From contig CAIMDI010000026.1 of assembly GCA_903839695.1 (NCBI GenBank), forward strand, positions 1-62,830: 62,830 nt of DNA, given 5' to 3'. This document shows positions 54,872 to 61,874 of this stretch, in pieces. Every line of letters starts with the position of its first letter. The stretch's first letter is position 1. Position numbers and translations under genes: made by a program. The notes under the pieces were generated by a model. The model made no database searches. It saw only the letters and a list, made by a program, of their open reading frames with translations, and was not told the origin of the DNA. This DNA is from Candidatus Tayloriibacteriota bacterium (lineage in GTDB: Bacteria > Patescibacteriota > Minisyncoccia > Phycocordibacterales > PALSA-1337).

Positions 54872-56395
54872 ATGGCCTTAAATAATGACAATATCAAAAC
54901 AATAAATAGACCACCCGTTGTTGTAATTATGGGTCATATTGATCATGGCAAATCTACACTACTCGATTATATTAGAAAAACAAATATAGTTGCTGGTGAA
55001 GCTGGGGGTATTACTCAACATTTAGGAGCTTATGAAGTTAAACACAAAACAAGCGAGGGTAAAGATGGAAAAATTACATTTTTAGACACACCAGGTCATG
55101 AAGCATTCTGCAGTATACGCGAAAGAGGTGCGCAAGTAGCAGATGTTGCTATTTTGGTTGTTTCTGCTGAAGACGGTGTAAAACCACAAACTTTAGAAGC
55201 ATTAAAATGCATTTTACTTGAAAAAATTCCTTATGTTGTTGCCATAAATAAAATAGACAAACCTGGAGCTGATATAGACAAAACTAAACAAAGCTTGGCG
55301 GAAAATGAAGTTTATGTTGAAGGATTCGGTGGTGATATTCCTGTAGTCCCTATTTCTGCATTAACTGGTAAAGGTATTCCTGAATTATTGGATATGGTTT
55401 TATTGGTTACAGATATGCTTGATTTAAAAGCAAATCCTGAAGCTAGAGCAGAAGGCGCTATTATAGAAGCCAAACTTGATAATAAAAAAGGTATTTCAGC
55501 TACTTTACTCATAAAAAATGGCACATTGGAATCTGGACAGTACATTGTTGCTAGTGATTCTATATCTCCTGTTCGAATATTTGAGGATTATCAAGGACAA
55601 AATATAAAGAAAGCTAGTTTTTCAAGTCCAGTCAAGGTAATTGGCTTCAATAAAATGCCAATTGTCGGTGACAAATTCATTACTTGTCTAAATAAAAAAG
55701 AAGCAGAAAATATGGCAAAAGAATTCGCTGATACTCATAAATCTAAACAAAATAATCCTTTTACCATAAAGAGTGAAAACGACAACACAGTAATTATCCC
55801 TATTATCATAAAAGCTGATGTAGTCGGAAGTTTGGAGGGTATAAAACATGAACTTGCTAAAATTAAAAATGATAAAGTTAAAATAAAAATCGTTTCAGAA
55901 AGTATAGGAAATGTGAATGAGAATGATGTAAAAATAGTGCAAGGTGATCCTAATATTATTATTGTAAATTTCAATTCTAAAATTGATACGAAGGCGCAAG
56001 GAGTTATAGAGAGATCAAACATTCAAATCAAATCTTTTGATATTATTTACAATTTAGTTCAATTCCTTAAAGATACAGTCATTTCTAAAGTTCCCAAAGA
56101 ATACATTGATGAAATATCAGGAACAGCTAAAATTCTTGCGATATTTAGCAAAAATAAGGATAAACAAATTCTAGGGGGTAAGGTTCAGGTTGGTACATTA
56201 GCAGTAGGATCAGAGGTGAAAATATTAAGACGAGATATAGAAATAGGTAGAGGTAAAATCAAGGAACTTCAATTACAAAAAGTTAAAGCTAGTGAAGTAA
56301 ATGAGGGTTATGAATTTGGCTGTATGATAGAGTCTAAAATTGAAATAGCATTGGGAGATAAAGTTCAAGGTTTCGTAACAATTGAAAAGAAATAA
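54872..56395 (+). CDS. infB: translation initiation factor IF-2 (G domain onward; no N-terminal region)
   Basis: RPPVVVIMGHIDHGKSTLLD begins at residue 12. DTPGHEAF, NKIDK. 507 aa. Confidence 0.92.
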   Translation: MALNNDNIKTINRPPVVVIMGHIDHGKSTLLDYIRKTNIVAGEAGGITQHLGAYEVKHKTSEGKDGKITFLDTPGHEAFCSIRERGAQVADVAILVVSAEDGVKPQTLEALKCILLEKIPYVVAINKIDKPGADIDKTKQSLAENEVYVEGFGGDIPVVPISALTGKGIPELLDMVLLVTDMLDLKANPEARAEGAIIEAKLDNKKGISATLLIKNGTLESGQYIVASDSISPVRIFEDYQGQNIKKASFSSPVKVIGFNKMPIVGDKFITCLNKKEAENMAKEFADTHKSKQNNPFTIKSENDNTVIIPIIIKADVVGSLEGIKHELAKIKNDKVKIKIVSESIGNVNENDVKIVQGDPNIIIVNFNSKIDTKAQGVIERSNIQIKSFDIIYNLVQFLKDTVISKVPKEYIDEISGTAKILAIFSKNKDKQILGGKVQVGTLAVGSEVKILRRDIEIGRGKIKELQLQKVKASEVNEGYEFGCMIESKIEIALGDKVQGFVTIEKK

Positions 56396-56396
56396 T

Positions 56397-56729
56397 ATGT
56401 CATCGTCAAGAGAACAAAAACTAAAAGATGTAATAAAGGAGGCTGCGGCTGAATTTCTTCAACGTGAATCCAATTACACTTCCCTTTTAACAGTTACTGA
56501 TGTTTCCCTTTCTGATAGAGGAAATCAATCAACAATATTCTTTACTGTTCTACCACAGGATAAAGAAAAAGGTGCTTTGGACTTTGTGAAAAGAAAAAGA
56601 GCAGAATTTAGAGAGTTTTTCAAAAGTAAGGCACGAATGAGAGCTCTTCCATTTTTTGATTTTGAAATTGATAATGGTGAGAAAAATCGTCAAAAAATAG
56701 ACGAAATAGCCAGAAGTGTTATAGAATAG
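56397..56729 (+). CDS. rbfA: ribosome-binding factor A
   Basis: Start at ATG 56397. Position after infB, and a KH-like pattern ...LTVTDVSLSDRGNQSTIFFTV.... Confidence 0.75.
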   Translation: MSSSREQKLKDVIKEAAAEFLQRESNYTSLLTVTDVSLSDRGNQSTIFFTVLPQDKEKGALDFVKRKRAEFREFFKSKARMRALPFFDFEIDNGEKNRQKIDEIARSVIE

Positions 56730-56781
56730 ATAAAGTACTGAAATATTAGACAAATATTTACAGGAAGTACATTTATCTTAT

Positions 56782-56858
56782 GGCGTAGTGGCGAAGTTGG
56801 TTAACGCAGCAGTTTGCAAAACTGCCATTCACCGGTTCGAGCCCGGTCTACGCCTCCA
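56782..56858 (+). tRNA. tRNA-Cys (anticodon GCA), CCA encoded
   Basis: Acceptor GGCGTAG/CTACGCC, anticodon arm GCAGT-TTGCAAA-ACTGC, T arm ACCGG-TTCGAGC-CCGGT. Discriminator T then CCA at 56856-56858, then CAA. Confidence 0.88.
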
Positions 56859-56911
56859 CAATCTTTGCAAAATGAAGTAAAAATGATAAAGTATTATCAG
56901 ATAAATAATAT

Positions 56912-56993
56912 GCCCGGGTGGTGGAACTGGTATACACGCACGACTTAAAATCGTGTCTCTTACGGGATGCGGGTTCGATTCCCGCCCCGGGCA
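56912..56993 (+). tRNA. tRNA-Leu (anticodon TAA)
   Basis: Acceptor GCCCGGG/CCCGGGC, anticodon arm CACGA-CTTAAAA-TCGTG, 13-nt variable arm, T arm GCGGG-TTCGATT-CCCGC. The trailer is CAA. Confidence 0.88.
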
Positions 56994-57098
56994 CAATGAA
57001 ATGTACCCCAAAAAGTAAACACGAAATTCTGTGTTAATTCTTTTCTTTTGTTATTGCTAATTCTTCATATTTCTGTTATATTTTTTGTGTATTGTAAT

Positions 57099-57171
57099 GC
57101 GCCCATAGCTCAGCTGGTAGAGCAGATCCCTCTTAAGGATAAGGTCGTAGGTTCGATCCCTACTGGGCGCA
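57099..57171 (+). tRNA. tRNA-Lys (anticodon CTT)
   Basis: Acceptor GCGCCCA/TGGGCGC, D arm GCTC-AGCTGGTA-GAGC, anticodon loop CTCTTAA, T arm GTAGG-TTCGATC-CCTAC. The trailer is CAA. Confidence 0.88.
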
Positions 57172-57245
57172 CAAGCAAGGAAGTGTATTTTGTTTTTGCT
57201 TCCAGGCTTAATAAATGCAATAATTGTATAGTAAAAATTAAATAT

Positions 57246-57327
57246 GCGCGGGTGGCGAAATTGGCAGACGCACTTGCCTTAGGAGCAAGCGGGGTAACCC
57301 TTGGAGGTTCAAGTCCTCTCCCGCGCA
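57246..57327 (+). tRNA. tRNA-Leu (anticodon TAG)
   Basis: Acceptor GCGCGGG/CCCGCGC, anticodon arm CTTGC-CTTAGGA-GCAAG, long variable arm, T arm GGAGG-TTCAAGT-CCTCT. The trailer is CAA. Confidence 0.88.
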
Positions 57328-57336
57328 CAATGTAAA

Positions 57337-57373
57337 ATAAGCATAATTTTGATTATGCTTATTTTATTTTTTT
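57337..57373 (+). terminator. terminator of the tRNA cluster
   Basis: ATAAGCATAAT-TTTG-ATTATGCTTAT followed by a T-run. Confidence 0.8.
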
Positions 57374-57409
57374 GTTAATGTAGTTGCCATTTGGCTGTTT
57401 ATATGTTTT

Positions 57410-57437
57410 TTGACAATTCAACTTTTTAGTGCATAAT
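57410..57437 (+). promoter_or_regulatory. promoter of paralog 1
   Basis: TTGACA 57410-57415, 16-nt spacer, CATAAT 57432-57437. Confidence 0.4.
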
Positions 57438-57496
57438 ATCTGAGGATAAATTAGAATTTTGACAGTCAAACAATCAAAACAAAAATAGTTGAGAAT

Positions 57497-58600
57497 ATGA
57501 GTAATCCTGAAAATGAAGGTTATGTACAGGTTAAGGACAAGGCTCTTGAAGAGAGCATTATTAAAATCATCAAGAGTCGATTTGTAGAATTAGAAGAATT
57601 GTTGAAACGTGATGATGTTGCTATCACCAATGCTGGCAATGTTTGTAGTTTATTTTGGGAGATTGATAATCTCATCAAAAAAAAATTGGAACGTAGGGAA
57701 ATATCGCTAGAAAATAAGGGGGTGAAAGAACTCCTAGAGCGATTGGCTGGGATAGAGAAAATTATTAATGAAGAAAATATAATCCTGAATAAAAGTACGA
57801 GTTCAGCAGTTCAAACAAACAACACGACGCTGACGCCCAAAAAGCAGGTAGAAGTGAAACCACCAGCTACGAAAGTGTCTGCATCGACCACAGCTCCCAA
57901 AAAGCCGGTTGCGCCGACAGTTCCTGCAGAAGTAAGGGTACAGACTCAAACACCAGTGGTGCATGCCACTTCGACGCCACAGCCCACGCAAGTTGTGGTA
58001 CCGCCCACAGTGCAAGCAATACCGAGTCCAAAGTCGGCTCAACAGACATCTGTTTGGATCATGACTGCTGTTTTTCTTTTGATAATATTAATTGTACTGG
58101 AAGCAGGACGTTTTCTTTACAATGGAGGTTCAGTGCCCACAACAACCTCTCAAACACTGGAGAAACAAACCGTTAGCACGACTGAGAAATCAGAAGGTGT
58201 GCTTGCACCTGCAGTTTGTGTTTTAACGCCGGATAGTTCCACAAAATCAGACCCCACAAGGTCATGGCCCAAGGATGTAAATCCAAAGACCCTGATACAA
58301 GCGGAGGTTCCGAGTAAAAGACCAATGCAGGTTGAGTATAAAATTCAACCTTTTGGGGATACACTTTTTGTGTTCCCTGTTCATGTGGAATGCAATATCT
58401 CAGTGCACCCAGATCCGAGGGATGAAAATGGTATTTACAGAAAGGATTTGGTTAAAGTGTTCGTGGATGGGATAAAAACAGGTACGGCTGATGACAATTC
58501 AGGTACAGCAAATAATAATTATGGTGAAATCAAATCTGTACGTATCTGGAACCTATCTCCACGAGCTACGAAGATTTACATCCATTTTGGTGATAGTTAG
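57497..58600 (+). CDS. bitopic membrane protein, paralog 1 (helical N-domain, P/T/V-rich linker, TM, HPDPRDEN C-domain)
   Basis: 367 aa. TM VWIMTAVFLLIILIVLEAG. The C-domain shares SWP..V.PK, GDTLF.FP and HPDPRDENGIY with 58801-59937. No family recognised. Confidence 0.7.
   Translation: MSNPENEGYVQVKDKALEESIIKIIKSRFVELEELLKRDDVAITNAGNVCSLFWEIDNLIKKKLERREISLENKGVKELLERLAGIEKIINEENIILNKSTSSAVQTNNTTLTPKKQVEVKPPATKVSASTTAPKKPVAPTVPAEVRVQTQTPVVHATSTPQPTQVVVPPTVQAIPSPKSAQQTSVWIMTAVFLLIILIVLEAGRFLYNGGSVPTTTSQTLEKQTVSTTEKSEGVLAPAVCVLTPDSSTKSDPTRSWPKDVNPKTLIQAEVPSKRPMQVEYKIQPFGDTLFVFPVHVECNISVHPDPRDENGIYRKDLVKVFVDGIKTGTADDNSGTANNNYGEIKSVRIWNLSPRATKIYIHFGDS
58492..58507. repeat. 16-mer TGACAATTCAGGTACA, copy 1 (coding, 3' end of paralog 1)
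   Basis: An identical 16-mer recurs 250 nt downstream at 58742-58757, in the leader of paralog 2. Confidence 0.9.
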
Positions 58601-58616
58601 GGCATAGCCCAAACAA

Positions 58617-58649
58617 GGCGGCGAACACATACGTGTTCGCCGCCCTTTT
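58617..58649 (+). terminator. strong terminator (12-bp GC-rich stem)
   Basis: GGCGGCGAACAC-ATAC-GTGTTCGCCGCC then CTTTT. 32 nt are identical to 59957-59988. Confidence 0.9.
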
Positions 58650-58686
58650 CGTATTCATAATCATTTTTATGTACTATTTGTAGGTA

Positions 58687-58714
58687 TTGACAAAACTACA
58701 ATTTAGTGTATAAT
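58687..58714 (+). promoter_or_regulatory. promoter of paralog 2
   Basis: GGTATTGACA with TTGACA at 58687-58692, 16-nt spacer, TATAAT at 58709-58714. An ~85-nt leader ends in AAAGGAAG. Confidence 0.5.
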
Positions 58715-58741
58715 GGTATGGTAGTGATAGTTATGGTTCAT

Positions 58742-58757
58742 TGACAATTCAGGTACA
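58742..58757. repeat. 16-mer TGACAATTCAGGTACA, copy 2 (non-coding leader)
   Basis: Identical to 58492-58507. Confidence 0.9.
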
Positions 58758-58800
58758 ACAAAATCCATGTAATACATGGTGACAGAAAAGGAAGAAAATT

Positions 58801-59937
58801 ATGCCAAATTCAGAAACACCACAAACACCGTCTGCGACACCAGCGGTAGCAGCTCCAGCGCCAGTAGCAACACCTGCAGTAGTTCAGACACAAACAGTGC
58901 CTTCTACTCCAGCGCCAGTAGCAACACCTGCAGCGACGGAGGCATCAGCAACAAAGCAAGTCAAGACATCACCTGAAGCAGAGGTTGCTAAAGAGCTGAT
59001 GAATTTCTCAAGACGGTTACTGCAATTGAATACAGATGTACTCAGCCCGCTGGGACCACAGAACACATCGGCCAAGATCAACCGGTCTATCACTAATATC
59101 GATATACTCTTGAAGACTCTAGACACAGAATACCCGAATACAAGGGAAGTTTCCAATCTGAGGAATTCCCTTGATAAAATCGTGGAATTATGGGCCGCAC
59201 TGAATCAGCCGAAAGCTGCTCCAGCAATAGCACCTGCTCCGGAGGCAACACCTGCACCTGCAGCGACTGCACAACCCGTGCAGACACCTGCACCGGCGAC
59301 ACCGCCTGCGACACCAGTCGCACCAGCGGTAGCAGCAACACCTGCTCCGGAGGCAACACCGGCACCTACAGAGCCTCAAACAGTAGTGACGGGGGCTTCA
59401 AAAACATACACCAGAATCAAAGCTGTAGCAGCAGCAGTGATTATCTATATAGTCAGCTTTTGCTTGATAAGCGTTGTGAGTGAGCAAAAGAACATAGTCA
59501 CTGAACGGGAAAGACAAACAGCAGAGATAGAAAGGCCTGCTGAACCCAAATTGTCGCCGGCACCAGTTGGCGTATTCATACCTGATGACACAAGAAGCAC
59601 AACTAATGCTATTGTTGGTAAGACATGGCCCAGTGGTGTGTCACCGAAAGAGATTGTTGAAATTGAGATTCCAGTAATCACACCAGGACAGACAAACGTG
59701 ATAATATACAAGGTTCCACCCAATGGGGACACATTGTTCAAATACCCAAGGAATCTACCGTGTCACGTCGAGACTCACCCTGATCCAAGAGATGAAAATA
59801 ACACCTATAGTAGGAGGTTGCTGATAGATCATTTTGATGGTGAAAAAGCGGACGGAATCAATTTCCGGTATATCCGCTCATATCGAGCGTTGAATACTTC
59901 AAATTTGCCACAAATTATCTATTTTTGTTTTTACTAA
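58801..59937 (+). CDS. bitopic membrane protein, paralog 2
   Basis: 378 aa. Two P/A/T-rich tracts, a helical domain, TM AVAAAVIIYIVSFCLISVV, and a C-domain with TWP..VSPK, GDTLFKYP, HPDPRDENNTY. Confidence 0.7.
   Translation: MPNSETPQTPSATPAVAAPAPVATPAVVQTQTVPSTPAPVATPAATEASATKQVKTSPEAEVAKELMNFSRRLLQLNTDVLSPLGPQNTSAKINRSITNIDILLKTLDTEYPNTREVSNLRNSLDKIVELWAALNQPKAAPAIAPAPEATPAPAATAQPVQTPAPATPPATPVAPAVAATPAPEATPAPTEPQTVVTGASKTYTRIKAVAAAVIIYIVSFCLISVVSEQKNIVTERERQTAEIERPAEPKLSPAPVGVFIPDDTRSTTNAIVGKTWPSGVSPKEIVEIEIPVITPGQTNVIIYKVPPNGDTLFKYPRNLPCHVETHPDPRDENNTYSRRLLIDHFDGEKADGINFRYIRSYRALNTSNLPQIIYFCFY
58853..58933 (+). repeat. in-frame 27-nt perfect direct repeat (two copies, 54 nt apart)
   Basis: CTCCAGCGCCAGTAGCAACACCTGCAG at 58853-58879 and 58907-58933, encoding APAPVATPA. 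Confidence 0.95.
59231..59367 (+). repeat. in-frame 29-nt direct repeat (one mismatch, 108 nt apart)
   Basis: CACCTGCTCCGGAGGCAACACC(T/G)GCACCT at 59231-59259 and 59339-59367, encoding APAPEATPAP. Confidence 0.9.
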
Positions 59938-59956
59938 TAAGGGCAAATTAATCAAA

Positions 59957-59988
59957 GCGGCGAACACATACGTGTTCGCCGCCCTTTT
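59957..59988 (+). terminator. strong terminator, duplicate of 58618-58649
   Basis: GCGGCGAACACATACGTGTTCGCCGCCCTTTT, identical over 32 nt. Confidence 0.9.
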
Positions 59989-60110
59989 TTATACAAATTT
60001 GACTTTATATAATAATTATGTTATCCTAATATTGGACTATAGATTTCATCATTAGTTCATTAACAAATAATAATCACCAAAATGGTGAAAAATTCAGAAA
60101 GTGAGGACTC

Positions 60111-61049
60111 ATGTTTAAAACAGATAGTGCAGAAGAGGAGGAAATGATAAACTTAATACTCTTTGTTCTGTTGTTCTTGATGGTGACGTTCATATCGTCG
60201 TTACTCTTACATTACCTGTTCAACCTGAGCTCAAGCGTCTCAGGATTTACGGGCTTATCAATAACATTCTTTGCAACAACCTTTTGGTTGTGGAAATGGT
60301 TCTTCGTGGTAATAGAGCCAAATTGTGTAATTGTACTTCAAAACACATTAATGGATTCAGGATCATCAATGAAGCCTAACGGCGAGATTGATCTATTGTA
60401 TATTCCCCACAACCAAAGGGCATGCAAGAAGCCATTGACTGTCAGGTGGCCGTGGGAGAAATTGGTCGGTAAAATCAATCTGAAAGATGATAAAATTCAG
60501 ATACCCAGAAAAGTTGCTGTTCGGGACAAAGATGGACAACTCTGGGATGCTGAATTCACAATTATACTCACGCCCTTGCCGTTTGGAAAGTCTATCATCA
60601 GATACTTCTTGGTTAGCAATGAAGTAGCCGATGCATTTTTTTCAAACTATTATATGGAGCAATTTGCAATTCTCTTTTCTAAGATGTCTGGAGAGGATGC
60701 TCAGAGCGAAACCAATGAAAATAGTTTTAGAAGCAGGTTCAGTTGCTTACTTGGTGGTGAAACTTCAGTATCTGAAAAAGAAAGACAGTTTGCAAGATTC
60801 GCCTCAGTTATCATTACATCTATAAGACCAGAAAAATATCGTCAAGAAATAGGTCAATTGGATAAAATGATCGATGCTAAATTTAATGCAATCGATAAAT
60901 TAAGAAAAATTGTTGATCCCAATACTGCTGCAGTGATTGTTAGTCAGGCGTCCGGAGAATCCACTGGGTCGATTATTATTGCAGGCTTACCTGCAGGTAT
61001 GCAACACTTTAGTGGTCTACTGGATAATCCAAAGAAAGGAGGCAAATGA
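60111..61049 (+). CDS. two-TM membrane protein with SPFH/band-7-like core (tentative)
   Basis: GAGGA SD. TMs LILFVLLFLMVTFISSLLL and LSITFFATTFWLWKWFFVV. Then VIEPNCVIV...WPWEKLVGKINLKDDKIQIPRKVAVRDKDGQLWDAEFTIILTP, reminiscent of the SPFH beta-alpha core. Confidence 0.4.
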   Translation: MFKTDSAEEEEMINLILFVLLFLMVTFISSLLLHYLFNLSSSVSGFTGLSITFFATTFWLWKWFFVVIEPNCVIVLQNTLMDSGSSMKPNGEIDLLYIPHNQRACKKPLTVRWPWEKLVGKINLKDDKIQIPRKVAVRDKDGQLWDAEFTIILTPLPFGKSIIRYFLVSNEVADAFFSNYYMEQFAILFSKMSGEDAQSETNENSFRSRFSCLLGGETSVSEKERQFARFASVIITSIRPEKYRQEIGQLDKMIDAKFNAIDKLRKIVDPNTAAVIVSQASGESTGSIIIAGLPAGMQHFSGLLDNPKKGGK

Positions 61050-61480
61050 TAACTACTGAACAGGAGTGTACAAATAAAGGTAAAAAAATTGGATACATTG
61101 GTTTGGTGTGCATAGTCATATTCGTACTACTCTGGATTAGGGCCACCTCAGGTGTACCGTTTCTAACAACCACCACACCAACATCCATGATTCATCAAGA
61201 AAGGAATGAAGTATTCATTTGTGACATTCGAACTGATGGATGGACCAAGTTCGAAACCTTGGGGAAAACATACTCCACAGCTTCCGTCAAAAGTAACGGT
61301 GTCACTCTGAAATACCAAGTTGGTATAAACAATCATGTTAAATCTATTGTGCTTCCAAGTGAAATTGGGAATATAGTAGATTTCGGTGACCCAAAAGAAA
61401 TCAAGGTGTTATACATCAAGCTTATGGAGGGTCAAGGCGTTGAGAAGTCAACGGTAATTCTGCAACGTAGAATGGAATAA
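61046..61480 (+). CDS. single-TM beta-rich protein, NfeD-like position (tentative)
   Basis: ATGA overlap with the 60111-61049 stop. AGGAGG SD. TM IGYIGLVCIVIFVLLWI. No motif recognised. Confidence 0.4.
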   Translation: MITTEQECTNKGKKIGYIGLVCIVIFVLLWIRATSGVPFLTTTTPTSMIHQERNEVFICDIRTDGWTKFETLGKTYSTASVKSNGVTLKYQVGINNHVKSIVLPSEIGNIVDFGDPKEIKVLYIKLMEGQGVEKSTVILQRRME

Positions 61481-61494
61481 TCCGTAACAAGTGA

Positions 61495-61526
61495 AGGGCT
61501 GGTCGCACGTAAGTGCGACCAGCCCT
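61495..61526. terminator. 14-bp-stem bidirectional terminator
   Basis: AGGGCTGGTCGCAC-GTAA-GTGCGACCAGCCCT, between convergent genes. Confidence 0.85.
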
Positions 61527-61548
61527 AAACCTTTTAATAAAACAAATT

Positions 61549-61851
61549 TTAGAATGGTGAGCTTATATTTAATGTATCATAAACAAAATTTATAATACCA
61601 TACACAGAAATCATTATTCCTATTCCAATAACACCATATAATATGTGATTTCTACCAGTTTTTCTAGCCTCAGTGTCCTCAGACCCTTTAAAAAATCCGA
61701 TAAGACCCCATATAAATAAGAGTATAGCTAAACCAAACACAAACTCTACTATAGGTGCAACAATATTAGCAACTATTTTATCTACAATAGAATTTATCAT
61801 GGAATCAGTATTCGTACTGGCAGCATGAACAGTTTTAAGTAAAAAATTCAT
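61549..61851 (-). CDS. TrbC/VirB2-like T4SS pilin-family protein, copy 1
   Basis: 100 aa. Signal-like N-terminus, two TM helices separated by GSEDTEARKTG. YGVIGIGIMISVYGII. Confidence 0.55.
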   Translation of the reverse strand: MNFLLKTVHAASTNTDSMINSIVDKIVANIVAPIVEFVFGLAILLFIWGLIGFFKGSEDTEARKTGRNHILYGVIGIGIMISVYGIINFVYDTLNISSPF

Positions 61852-61874
61852 TATATTTTACAAAACAGTTTAGA

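Noticed and set aside
58776-59741. Alternative-frame and antisense ORFs across paralog 2 (58776-58976, 58884-59156, 59093-59365, 59188-59379, 59190-59483, 59445-59741)
   Set aside because: They are generated by the GC-rich Pro/Ala/Thr-coding repeats. Their products are Cys/Arg/Ser low-complexity strings. The 58801 frame is supported by paralogy with 57497-58600.
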